Assembly (NCBI RefSeq): GCF_022045235.1 | Contig: NW_027266330.1 | Coordinates: forward strand, 7,688,001-7,752,000 | Length of the DNA: 64,000 nt | Origin: Haliotis cracherodii | Taxonomy: Eukaryota | Reading direction: 5' to 3' | Notes under the pieces: generated by a model | Database searches by the model: none | Told to the model about the DNA's origin: nothing | What the model saw: only the letters and a program-made list of their open reading frames with translations | In this document: piece after piece, positions 52,501 to 64,000 of the stretch | Numbering within the stretch: position 1 is the first letter of the stretch | How the letters are laid out: each line of letters opens with the position of its first letter | Made by a program: the position numbers and the translations under genes

Positions 52501-53442
52501 CTGTGGTGGACTTTGAAGTGGCGTGCAACAGAGGACAGCGATTCCCCTCTTTGGATACGTCCTATGGCGATGTTCCGATCGGCAGCGCTGAGTCTCGGCA
52601 TCTTCGAACTTGAAAAATGTTGACAATTAAATGACATAATTTATCCTCCATGACATTTTGGGACAAGTGTTAAAACAATGCCGTTTAAGACATTGCAAAT
52701 TGACAATGGCTGCAAGAACAATCACTGGTGCGTCCCACATGTCAAGTGGTGGTTCTTAAACCTCTCTCAGTCACTATTTTCAGCACTCTCTCAACCATTT
52801 ACTCTGATTTTCAGCCGTTTCAGCCACTGAAAAATGTCTCGCAGAGTGTATGTCAACAAACAACATATAGCGTTCATGCCAGGTATATAGACCCTCTCTT
52901 ATTCACTATTTTCAGCACATCTCTCAACCATTCACTCTGAGTTTCAGCCGTTTCAGCCATTGAACAATGTCTCGCAGAGTGTATGTCAACAAACAACATA
53001 TAGCGTTCATGCCAGGTGTATAGATCCTCTCTTATTCATTATTTTCAGCACTCTCTCAACCATTCACTCTTATTTTTAGCCGTTTCAGCCACTGAACAAT
53101 GTCTCGCAGAGTGTATGTCAACAAACAATATATAGCGTTCATGCCAGGTATATAGACCCTCTCTTAATCACTATTTTCAGCACTCTCTCAACCATTCACT
53201 CTTATTTTCAGCCGTGTTTGTCTACACACAAGAGGCAGCGTATCAATTACAAGTATATAGCGGCCTATGATCGTAGATCACTGATTATGTTTTCAGATTT
53301 CACTAAAGTGGCATCGTATCAGAGCTGCACCTCTTCTGACTATTCTCACGCATTAAGCTGTTATCACTGACATACAATTCAAAGAGACATTAAATCAAAC
53401 TCACTCACTCTTCTTTCAGCCAAGCCATGGTCCAGCATGTAG
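49563..53442 (+). CDS. Secreted peritrophin-A/CBM14-like small peptide, copy 1 (exons 49563-49809 and 53420-53442; 89 aa)
   Basis: Signal peptide MKLFLPILLLVSAVSC; C-x13-L-x5-C-x9-C-x12-C-x9-C; donor C|GTGAGT, acceptor ttctttcag|, AATAAA 53577-53582; exon 2 and 3' UTR homologous in copy 2. Confidence 0.78.
49988..52601 (-). mobile_element. Decayed Tc1 transposase (MPRLSAADRNIAIG...SDESRF...FQQDNAPP...LNPIEHIW), split by a LINE
   Basis: Removing 50371-52006 restores the in-frame VVVQGNLTANRYMNQILQP motif; TIRs not recognised. Confidence 0.9.
50371..51998 (+). mobile_element. 5'-truncated RTE-X-like LINE with uninterrupted 500-codon RT/C-terminal ORF (50381-51883)
   Basis: FVDFRKAFDS, GVRQGCVLSPFLF, LLYADD, C..C..EDEVHF..CP.Y; 3' stem-loop plus AATAAA; 8-bp TSD atttgctg at 50363-50370 and 51999-52006. 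Confidence 0.95.
52748..53215. repeat. ~132-bp tandem repeat, ~3.5 copies
   Basis: ttttcagcac recurs at about 52777, 52908, 53042, 53175. Confidence 0.92.
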
Positions 53443-54561
53443 ATGTAAGACTGACCGCTACGCCCCAGTGATCAATAGTGTCGGTCAACATTCAACATGA
53501 AGCTGACCTACTTACAATCTAAGGAAATCCAATCTTGGTATCTTCAGCTACTTTCGTGCGACGCATGTGTGTAAATAATAAAGTTGTTCGTCCTACGTTT
53601 TCCTAGTTGATATTCAATGCGTATAACCTTACAGACGAGATATTAAGTGCATTAATTAGGACTACGCCAATTCCACAAATCAGCAAAATCTGAAGCTGAT
53701 GGAGACTTAGGATGACATCGCAGTCGTCGATATTGCCAGAAGCCAATCATCAAAGATTCACTCTGGTTATGTTTCTCATCACAATATCCGTACTTCTGGG
53801 TTTCACCAAGCTGGTAAGCATTTCCGAGATAGCATTCAGGTCCAACGTTGGCAATGGTTTACAATTTCTTTCGTTCAGAAATGTTATTCAAGGGACGCTG
53901 ATCCCCACTGACACCTCTTTTCACCCCTGAACAATACATGACCAGCGTTCAATGACGTTATCCAGGCAGACGCTTCAAAGTCCAACGAAGACATCGAAGA
54001 GTCCGCCACTTGGTACTGAAGTAATGTTGCGAATTAACTTACTTTTTCACCAATGAACATTTTAATCAAACTTGATCTGATGATAATTTTGCATCACAAA
54101 ACTCGTATGGACCGACGATTTCTGTCTATAATGTCCCCGGACTTGTCCTGAAATAAGGTTTCTTCTTTGAGAGGCATTTACAAGTTGGAGTACTAAGTAA
54201 GGATAATATTCTTTATTTGACCTGCATCGAAACGTCGCTCCTGGTTGTAATAAAGAAGGAGTTCATCTATATATCTTATCCTTACGTAGAACAAGGTAGT
54301 CTGTGTGGCTAGTCTTTTGAAAGGCAGAAAATTACATCAGTTTTAAGCAGAACCATAACTCAACTATGTCTAACTTTCCTGAATCCCAACTGAATTTTTA
54401 ACTTCCCCCTCAGCTTATTATTATTTTGGCATTTTCTCCACGACTCATAATGATGTAACTTTTAGGAAGCGACTGATCCTAATATTTACTCCGTGGACAA
54501 ATATTGAAACTGGAACTGACCCCATTTTGTTGTGTCCTCTGACTTCGTCGTTAAGGTTTAC

Positions 54562-54817
54562 AACCCGTGAAGATCCTGGTTCGAATAGGTCTTGATCAAC
54601 CCTTGCTTTGCTGTAAAAGGCGACTGTGCGACTACATGAATCGGGTGGTCAGGCTCGCTGACTTGGTTGATGCATCCCAGCGTATCCAAACTGTGTAGAT
54701 CGATGCTCATGATGGCAACACTGGATTGTGTTGTCCAGAATGGATTATTTCAGACCGCCGTCATATAGCTGAAATATTGCTGAATGCGGCGTTTAACAAA
54801 CAAACAACCAAACAAAC
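54562..54817 (+). mobile_element. SINE family A, full length, plus strand
   Basis: Starts acccgtgaagatcc, ends tgcggcgtttaacaaacaaac. Confidence 0.88.
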
Positions 54818-56122
54818 ATTAGTGGTGACAGAGACGGTCACCTCGATCATATATGGTACGTGAGAACCAACTGTAATTATATCGAATGTTCAGACATGTA
54901 TGGTTCAGAGTGATGAGGTGGACTTATTCTATATCGTCATCAACACGTTCAAGTCCTATTTTGTGTCACTCGGTTCCACAAACAGACACAGCGCAAGACA
55001 GAAGAGTATGGGTGACTGAGTGAGATGATGTACGGGTCAGAGAGAAACGACATGGGGTTTAACGTCGCGTTCAAGGCTATTGCACTTATATAGTGACGTG
55101 AATGTGCTTATGTATGTCTGTTGATAATGGTGATGAGGTGAGGTGCAACGGAATTAACGTCGCGTTCATGATTATTATGTGCGTGCGTGCGTGCATGTGC
55201 GTGTAGCTGTACTAGTCCGAGCCAATGCCGATTATATAGTGCTAGCCAACTGAGATACCATGCCGCAGTTGAACATGGATACTCTGACTCCGAGCCGACT
55301 GTCATCGTTTTAGCCCATTAATGCCGTGGGCCAGTTAGGTTAACAACAAGTCTGATCTTGTAACGTCTTATGGTATGACGCGGCCGAGGATCGAACCCCG
55401 ACCTTCCGCTCTCCGGGCAGACGCTTTACCACTAGACCACGGAGGCGGCCTGTAATGGTAAATAGTCATACCAGTTTTATAGTGCCAGCCCACTGAGATG
55501 TCATTACTCATTTTAGAATTTATTACTTGCCCGTGAAGAGATCACCCGTTTAATAAACATACAGCTTTATTACACATTGTGTAATACCAAAACGCGTGCT
55601 TATGTACTCTCGGAACACGTTTCACGAACAAATATTGAAAGCTCTCAACATCGCTTGGCTTATTCAACGACATTGCGTGTGGAGTTGATAGATCACTGAG
55701 AGGAGCTTATGCACACTCGATGACCCCAGCAACCTTGTTGCTAGGCTGACGTCACATGGCATTGTTTCGCCGATGGATCTTGCAACAAAACTCCACAAAT
55801 TACGTCATCGGGTATTGTGACGTTATTGAAAACTTTGAGGTGCAAGGCCCGTTCCACAAGACGATCGTATTGTAGCGCAACGACAGTCGTTGTTCTAAGT
55901 TAAAGTATGTGAGATGCGAAAGTCTTAGTCCTACGATAATTTTGTGAATTCTAATGGTAGACCCGTTGTATGGTATGAAATTCATACGTTTCAACTATTG
56001 ACGTGTTTGAAGTATTATTCTGTTAAGCTCAATTGGACTACGTCGTGGATCATGTAGGTGTCAGCCTATTCATACTCAACAGTATAATTCAAAAAACGTT
56101 ATAAATTGCAAGTAATAAATAA

Positions 56123-56233
56123 AATACTAAACTCGCTCCCGTGTAAAACCAATTTTATGAAACTCGTGAATAGATACCACAACTATTCACTCGTTTCATA
56201 AAATTGGTATTACACGGGAGCTCGTTTAGTATT
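56123..56233. repeat. 111-bp foldback hairpin
   Basis: ~50-bp arms aatactaaactcgctcccgtgtaa... / ...ttacacgggagctcgtttagtatt. Confidence 0.88.
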
Positions 56234-56742
56234 CTATATGTAGTTTATGTCTTATAACGATAAGGATAAGGTGAGTTTTATACCCTCATACTACGAACTG
56301 TCCTTCTAACTGCCAAAACCAGCCTTATAATCTTTAAAAAGTGCTGCTCATCTATACTTTATTGTAATTGTTTAAGGTTTTATCTAATACCCTTAGTTCA
56401 TAGTTTGTTTTGTTGCATGCATAATACTCTTTCGTAATTCCGCATGGAACTTGCTTTTCAGAATGTAAGTGTATAATTTTATGAATCAAATATTAAGGTG
56501 AGATTTTAACAAAATATCTGTCTGTCTGGATACGCCTAGGTTATCTTATGGTTGCCCTCGAAGGGAATCCCGGTCCCGAACAATCTATGCTGGTCATATC
56601 TGTTGACTCGTTGCTACCAACATCAACCACTGGATTGTCTCATCAATACTGATCAATTGTTTATTGAGAAAAATAACAATGTGTTTTCGATAACAAACAA
56701 GCGTGTAGTGTATCATTTACAAGAGCATTTATCCATGACATA

Positions 56743-57103
56743 TACAGTAAACTACGGTTATAACGATCTCAAAGGGACTACTAACTTTAGTTCGTTATAA
56801 CCGTAATTCGTTATAAGTAATATAAAGCACAACTACAACAAATAGTCGAGACTAAAACGTTAGTTCGTTATATTCGTCAGTACGTTATTAGCTTGTTCGC
56901 TATAACCGTAGTTGGGCGGTCGGGTAGCCTAGTGGTTAAAGCGTTTGCTCGTCACGCCGAAGACCCGGGTTCGATTCCCGACATGGGTATATTGTGTGAA
57001 GCTCATTTCTGGTGTCCCCTGCCGTGATATTGCTGGAATAGTGCTAAAAGCGGCGTAAAACCATACTCACTCACTCACTCACTTATAACCGTAGTGAACT
57101 GTA
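56743..57103. mobile_element. Tigger-like MITE interrupted by a SINE
   Basis: TA-CAGT...ACTG-TA ends; homologous to 38604-38781. Confidence 0.87.
56913..57083 (+). mobile_element. tRNA-Asp-like SINE (family C), full length
   Basis: A box tagcctagtgg, anticodon-like ctcGTCacg, B box ggttcgattcc; 12-bp TSD tataaccgtagt at 56901-56912 and 57084-57095. Confidence 0.93.
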
Positions 57104-57904
57104 CTTATTTCATGTAAAGACGAAAACTAGATAACCAAAAAACGGCACTTTATCTACTGCAGCATATGAACCGTTCTTTATACAAACAAAAGAACAACAT
57201 GGATTCCGTAGATCGTGTTGATGTTGTAAACAACCTCTTCATGGATACACTTCAGAAGGACGTTTTGTATATGCATCTTCACACGTTCACGGTTTCCAAA
57301 ACAATATGTTACCTATGTTTGCGTTTACTTACTTCAACTGAATTCTGAAACATGAATTTATCTGGATTATATTTTCTTAGCCAATGACATCATCATCTCT
57401 CGAGTGCTCTCGCTGTTGATATTGTTAGGATATAAACGCCCCAACTATTGAAAATGGCCACTCGTTAGCACAATAACAGTTAAATGACTCTATTGCAACT
57501 CTAGCACCAATGAGAACAAATTATAAATAACAACAACGATAATGAAAATGTTTTTACCATATTTTGTGACCTATGCAATTCTTCCAAACACAGTCAGAAT
57601 CTGAACATGAGTAAATTCCAGTTCATTGGGTACGCATAAAGCTGATCTGTTCGTATCGCATCTTCAACATATACTTTCTCATGTCTATTGTAACTTGTTA
57701 AACGTGTGGGGCATATATTGAACACATACACAACAGAAACACGGTTAAAACCTGCATGTATATTCTTATACATGTATGTGTAAATGTCGTTTAAAGACAA
57801 TGTAACACGAGTACTGGTTCATTTGATAAATCTTGAAATAAATATATATTAAAGACTAATATGAATACCAAATAACAATTATCGTTACGTTGATTTCAGA
57901 TAAC

Positions 57905-57990
57905 AGTGGAAAAGACCCCGGGTATAAAGGATATATCTGGACTACTTAAGCGTTAAAAAGATAACTGAATAGCCACAAGGTCTACAACTT
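57905..57990 (+). promoter_or_regulatory. Conserved upstream block of the peptide genes (paralogous to ~48345-48430); candidate promoter or non-coding first exon
   Basis: gtata(a/c)aggata(t/a)atctgg...tacttaagcgttaaaaagat...aatagccaca present 1.2-1.5 kb upstream of both ATGs; TATAAAG in copy 2. Confidence 0.45.
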
Positions 57991-58019
57991 CTGATGTCTA
58001 TATACTAGGTCTAATGAGT

Positions 58020-58345
58020 CATCAAAAAAAGTAATAGGGATTATTTCAAGATACTTTTCCACTGACACATAAGGTTGATACCTACCCCCTGAGTACCATC
58101 AACTCATCAAAGACCCCAATCAGTCCTAATCCTTTTGTTTATACTACTGGCTTTACCAAAGTTGTTAACCTTACCTCACCCCTTTTGTGTAACTGCATCC
58201 TAATCTACTCAGGTAGACTCCTACCTGTATACATGCTTGTCGACCATTCTCTGTACATCACTTGCTTGATAACGTGTTAGAACCTACACCGAAACGTCGA
58301 TTCATATATCTTACAACTTCTAAATGCCTCTTAAAGAAGTTGAAA
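58020..58345 (+). mobile_element. Penelope-like element 3' end (possible endonuclease C-terminus plus pLTR with hammerhead motif)
   Basis: cttgcttgataacgtgttagaacctacaccgaaacgtcg at 58261-58299; tail caacttctaaatgcct; weak HKVDTYPLSTIN frame upstream. Confidence 0.65.
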
Positions 58346-59451
58346 GATTTGTCTTATTGGCATTTGAGTTTGGTGGATTGAAGGATAGACATTTGAAATA
58401 ATTGTTGATTTTTTAAAACGGATCTTATTTTCATGGTCTCCATACAACATTACCCCTTTGCTTGGCAGAGTCTCGTCCTCATTTGACATGCGAGAATCCT
58501 ATGATTGCGTTCGTATACCTGATTCGCACTGGTCATGTTTTCCAAGTTTGGCAGCACAATACCCGTGCTCTTGGATTTCACTGAAGTTGTAAATGTTAGG
58601 GAATCAGGATGTTCAGGCTGGGTCGCTCCAAAGGTTGTCAAGACAGAATTTCGGACTTGCTTCAATTAATTAGGAATCACATTGCTTACTTCGCCAAGAG
58701 TTCACATTTTGGTACTTGAAGAAACGTTGATCTTCGCTTTTCAGTGAAAAATCCCTTGAAGTTAATTTGATACAAACTCGTTAAAACCACTAGATACATG
58801 TCAAGAAAGTATTCATCTTTATTGTTTGATATATGTTATAAGTTCTTTGTCCATGACAAGCAAATGATAAACAGTCATACCTTAATTTTTATTGTTTCGT
58901 AGTAAGTATCCCTGCTCTCCATTTTTTGTAACTTCCAACCAAACGATTACTAAAAAAATGAAAAAATTGGTTTGTTTTTAACTCCCTATTTCACGTTTTT
59001 AAAATAAACAGTGACACATGAATAGAAAATAAAAGTATTGCCTAAAATAATGTTAATGAACAATCTACATGTACACACAACGCCTTGCTCTCTGTCAAAA
59101 GGTAATAAAATATGGTATGTATATTATTGTAGACTTTAGCATTAAAGAAGATAATATTTGTTTTAGTACATGAACAAAAAGAAAAAAAAAGACATTTAGA
59201 GATTTCCAACTGTACCTTCTTCCCTAATACCTAATGAGGCGGAACGAGATTAACTACGTGACCTGTTAAGGCCAATACCATAAAAGGAAAAGACCTGGCT
59301 AATGCTGACATAGAAAAATGTTATTTAGAGGCGTCCAATAATGCTTAATGAGGCACACCCTTAAAAGTCACGTGATCAGTCAAGGAATACAAAATCACCT
59401 TGTCTGACCAAGTTAACTATAGCTGTTCGTAGGCTTCAGACAATCATCACG

Positions 59452-61541
59452 ATGAAGTTCGTCTTGTCCATCCTCTTGTTGGTATCAGCGGTCAGTTGTG
59501 AAGTTACCAACGATCCGTTGAGCGCCGTTGTCTGCAAAACACCATTTGAAGTTATATCACGAGAAATCAATAACCTTGCTCTCTACATCAGATGTCGATT
59601 CTACATCCCTCGAATGGAAAGATGCCCAAGAGATCAGATCTTCAGTATGCGCAAAAAGTTCTGCGTGTATCCAGGGAGACTGGTATACCCATGTAACCGT
59701 GAGTATTCATTGTATAAGCATCGTGTCTTTACTGTAGTGCTTCCCCTAAAACCCACCAGGAGGAGGTGAGGTGAAATGGGGTTTAACGTCGAAGCTCTTC
59801 ATCCTCAGTGTCACGATTTGTGTAACAAAACTCGGGAGGATAACAAGCAACGCTTATTGGATATTGTCATGAAAAATATCAGTTTGAAAAACCGTATCCT
59901 GCATTGTTTCCTAACGAAACATGATGTTATGTATTGAATCCACAATCCAAAATTGATTATGGCAATAGTTACTTATAATATCGCTATAATTCCTTCTCCT
60001 GCTTCTAATTATCTTAGGATATGAGTCAGTCTTTGCACCCAACACTGTGGCATTGCCCCTCATTGGTTTAGCACTATGCTGATGTAACATCCTGAGTCGT
60101 AAGGAATACTTGTATTTGCCCTGAGTCTCTAATACCGCCCGTGTTGTAGTGTCTCATGCGTCTGCCCGGTGAGCGGATGGTCGGTAGTTTGGTCGCCAGG
60201 TAGCGTCATCAGAAAACAAACCGTTAGATATGGTACTTGCTGTTATCCTGCCTTGCGCTCGGCTTTCGGAGGATAACGATAGGACTGGTCTGATAGGAGT
60301 CAGTACGCTAAATGGGGTGTCTATGTTAACACTGTGGCATTGTACCTTATTGATTAAGAAACATACACATATCATGTGCAGAGTCGTAGTAATTACTACA
60401 TAGTAATTCCTGTTTGTTATCTTCAAAATGTTGAAGTCTTAAAAACCCTTCTGTTGCTCATAGCAAGGGTGTGTAATATACATCAGGAAAATATCCAAGC
60501 AACGCTAACTGTAAATGTATTTCCATGTGAATATCCTATATCTATATCCTGACGAAAATATTTGTTTTTGTTTAGCTACAAAATCGGAAATCGATTATGA
60601 AATGACCTATTTTGTAAATGTTCCACGGCAATACGTAGTTATACTGCCCTTTTAACTGTTCCCTAAATCCCATCCGGAGGATTCTTCCATGTTCTTATAC
60701 CTACATTGTATCCGTTATCAGTGGTGTGTTAGACATTTCACACGATGCATGGAATTCGAAGTTCATAATATATGAAAGAAGAAGAGGTTTATAATTTTCG
60801 ACAAAATGAAAGTATGCACCAATGTTTGATGGTGGCTAACACTAACGAGGGAGAAATGGTTAGTCTATGGTGATGTTTTTGATACGGGTATATCAATTGT
60901 GTTTTGGACCTTACGTCAGCAGTGTTTCAGCCTTGTTTCGTTTTGATAGCGTTTGAAAAAAACTTGTTTGTGGTCAAATTTAATTTTCAAGTGTGTAATT
61001 TCTTTTGTCCGGCTATTTAGATGGAGCAGGTGGGTGAGAAAGAGAATTACCTCTAACCTTCTACAGCAACGAAATGATTGTTCACTGTCATATCATATAT
61101 TCGGCTCCTCCTTACAGGGAAGAGAAATTTTGTCTCCAACAAAAGTGCCACGCCCCCTCCCCACAAATATTTAATAGCTTATCAGTTGCAGTCGCCTTGC
61201 TCGTTACTTGTCTAAGTTTTTCTTGTAAAAGGAATACCAGCAGCAAACTACCTAACTGTGATGAGGAGGGGCACAGATGGACCATTTATCTAAGGTTCCG
61301 CAATTTTGGTGTTCTGGGTTACGCCCCGAAGGTGCGCAAGAATCTTTTGATCGTTTTGTAATCACAGTTTGCACTGATCATGTTTCTGGGTTTCACCAAA
61401 GTGGTAAATGTCTAAGATATATGTCAACTTGAGCGACGTCCATGACAAGCCTGATACATGTATGACTGAAATCAAATTCAATGCGACGTTCACTCACTCA
61501 CTCATTCACTCTTGTTTTCAGCCCCCAAAAGGATCAACTGA
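59452..61541 (+). CDS. Secreted peritrophin-A/CBM14-like small peptide, copy 2 (exons 59452-59698 and 61522-61541; 88 aa)
   Basis: 19 nt differences from copy 1 over the 247-nt coding exon; same donor; acceptor ttgttttcag|; AATAAA 61675-61680. Confidence 0.78.
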
Positions 61542-62788
61542 TGATAGGCGGACCACTACGCCCCAGTAACTTATGTCCAGTAGAGAATATGTCAATATAC
61601 AATTTGAAGCTGGCCGACCCAATATCTAGGAAATCCATTGTTATCTTCAGCTGCTGACGTGCGACTCGTGTGTAAATAAACTGTTGTTTGTCCTTCTTTT
61701 TTCTTGTTGATGTTCATTTTTGTTGTTAGTGACTTTGCAGAGTTACCATTGATTCCTTAATTGCATGCTGCTATACAGCACCCGGGCTGCGTCCATCTTC
61801 ACAAAGCCACCTTAACTTAAGTTGATTTTAATCAAGCGATTGAGGTTGACTTGAGCCAGGGCCACAGACGTCTATGTCACTTCCCAACGTGCTCCAGAAA
61901 CCCAATGGGCACAGAGAATTCCATATATACGTCATGTGGTACCGCCAGCCTGTGAGAATCGTTCGATAACTTCCTGAAAATGCAATGTTCGGCTGTAATT
62001 GATATGAATGTACGCAGACAAAGGAGTTGCATTCCGAATAAATAAAAGCAACAAAATCTTTTCCATATTCATAAGAGTTCTCTGCCCAAATCAGAATCGA
62101 TTGTACGATACCTGTCATATATGAACATGAATCACTATCAACTAGTGACGATACTAGGTGTCCGCTAAAAGGTGCACGTTTCCTACCCTACCGGTGGAAC
62201 CAGTCATAAACACATGCAAAGGCAAATAAATTGTCAAGATTTGTCAGCACCATAATCTAGCTCGTGAGTTTCAACGAAGTGGTAAACTTGTAATGTTAAG
62301 ACGTGCGTCACTTAGTGCATTCCTTCTGCATCAACATGACGAAGTGTAATAAAGTAGCTGATTGGGTGCGGCTGGCGCAAACCAAACCCATTCATTTACT
62401 CAGCAGAGGTTGTTTTGTGCAAGTCGGATGGAATGTGCTATAATGAGCAGATGTCCATGACTGTACTGAGCAATAGACTTGGTACTCCGTGACATGTCGG
62501 TCGTGTGAACTCGTTTACGAAAATGAAACGTTATTGTCCAGACGGAAACTATGCATGCACTAGGAATATATATTACTCAAAGTTTGCTAAGGATCACGTT
62601 TTGATGCTAAACAAAATATTGAAATACAACGGTAACCCGTACAGGACCTCAATGTCATGATGAACGGACGGAGGCATGCACGAGGTGCTTGAAAACCTGT
62701 GTTTGGATGTATGGTGACAGAATCATTGCATATCAATATTAGAGAGCACAACATGTGATACTGGTTATTTCGACAACTAAATGCATTT

Positions 62789-63280
62789 ATGCCCGCTCAA
62801 CGTCAAAGACAGCTTGACAGCAGATGCATAGGCATGCTTTAAACTAGGTCAACACAAGGTCATGTTGCAAACGTGTTTGGTGTCAGCCAAAGTGTGATAG
62901 CAGGGCTAAGGAATGATACTTTACGTTTGAATCAACTACCAAGCGTAGTGAAGGTAGTCGACAGCCTTCCAGCACATGGAAGGCCTGCATTCGCATCCAC
63001 TAACCCGACATCACAGGCAGGCACGTTGGGGAGGGCTGACGATCACGTCAATTGGACAGAGCAGGACTGGGCTCCAGTACCCTGCACTGATGAATCGAGA
63101 TACTGTTCACACTTCACAGATCGTCGTGCCCCAGTGTGGTGCAGGCAAACACTTCAGAGTTCCAACGTTGCCGAACATGAGTTCTAGGGAGGAGGCTAAA
63201 TCATGATCTGGGGTGGAATCGGTAGGCCTGAAAGAACGGATATCCATGTCATACAGCGGGGCACTATGACAGCTTTATCT
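62789..63280 (+). pseudogene. Heavily decayed Tc1-family transposase
   Basis: IGML..G....VANVFGVSQSVI HTH, W..V.CTDESRY, IMIWGGI motifs with stops and deletions. Confidence 0.8.
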
Positions 63281-64000
63281 AAAAAAATGTCCCAGACATA
63301 TTTTGAAAAAAAAAAAATTATGTTTCAGACATTTGAAAACAATTATTGCCTGCCATAACAGTGACATTGTTGCAAGGTATTTTGCTTCTTAGAAAAATAA
63401 ATCTGCTTTTGTAGCTGTAGCTGAACAATATCTAATCTTGATACATATTCAAGCCCCTCCAGAATATCAAATGTCCGGTACCTAAGACGACCATTGTTTG
63501 TTACGTTACCTGTGTTTTCGTAATAAACTCTGGTGAGATTTTACTTTTTCCAAGTAAGACCTCATCCCGAGCATTGGGTTTTACTTTTTGCTGGTAAGAC
63601 CTGACGAGTGGAGAAGCAAGTGTATGGACTTGGGCTTTCCAACGTAAATTTTCCTAAAATCAAAGAAAACGGAAATCGAACCCACAGACTCCTAATCAGC
63701 AGGCAGGCTCTCTGATCACCNNNNNNNNNNNNNNNNNNNNNNNNNNNNNNNNNNNNNNNNNNNNNNNNNNNNNNNNNNNNNNNNNNNNNNNNNNNNNNNN
63801 NNNNNNNNNNNNNNNNNNNNNNNNNNNNNNNNNNNNNNNNNNNNNNNNNNNNNNNNNNNNNNNNNNNNNNNNNNNNNNNNNNNNNNNNNNNNNNNNNNNN
63901 NNNNNNNNNNNNNNNNNNNNNNNNNNNNNAAGGTACAGGTGAATTAGTGAATTGTTCCTAGACAGATATATTTTACGAGCATTTCTGTAGACTTTCGTAA

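Noticed and set aside
54562-54660. Family A head as a canonical HDV-like or pistol ribozyme, or as a tRNA B box (ggttcgaata)
   Set aside because: No room for HDV P2/P3 inside stem 1 and no pistol P2 strand; ggttcgaa occurs only in this copy (others ggttagaa/gggtagaa) and no A box precedes it
56913-56990. tRNA-Asp gene (and tRNA-Leu at 7196, 35020, 39790)
   Set aside because: Imperfect acceptor/anticodon stems, followed by SINE body, tail and TSD: SINE heads, not tRNA genes

Overview
AT-rich, repeat-dense animal genomic DNA with 4 N-gaps; not prokaryotic, no CRISPR. The SINE repertoire looks molluscan (gastropod, plausibly abalone; from recollection, unverified). Host genes: one intronless class A GPCR (29601-30587) and a tandem pair of two-coding-exon genes (49563-53442, 59452-61541) for small, cationic, secreted peptides with a peritrophin-A/CBM14-like chitin-binding domain lacking Cys2. 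The rest is mobile or repetitive DNA: four SINE-like families, three sharing one 3' tail (tRNA-Asp-like head; tRNA-Leu-like head with V-type core; Meta-type core; and a family with no tRNA head that begins with a conserved pseudoknot), two RTE-X-like LINE fragments, a decayed Penelope RT plus Penelope pLTR pieces carrying U3-A8 minimal hammerhead motifs (one as a 395-bp palindrome), three decayed Tc1 elements, several MITEs/foldbacks and about ten minisatellites that explain most long ORFs. Best leads: (1) the pseudoknot-headed retroposon as a candidate new structured RNA/ribozyme; (2) the 5-Cys CBM14-like peptide pair, with an apparent gene-conversion tract and a splice acceptor region supplied by a SINE tail; (3) the Penelope hammerhead palindrome; (4) foldbacks with strand-specific tandem G.A pairs.
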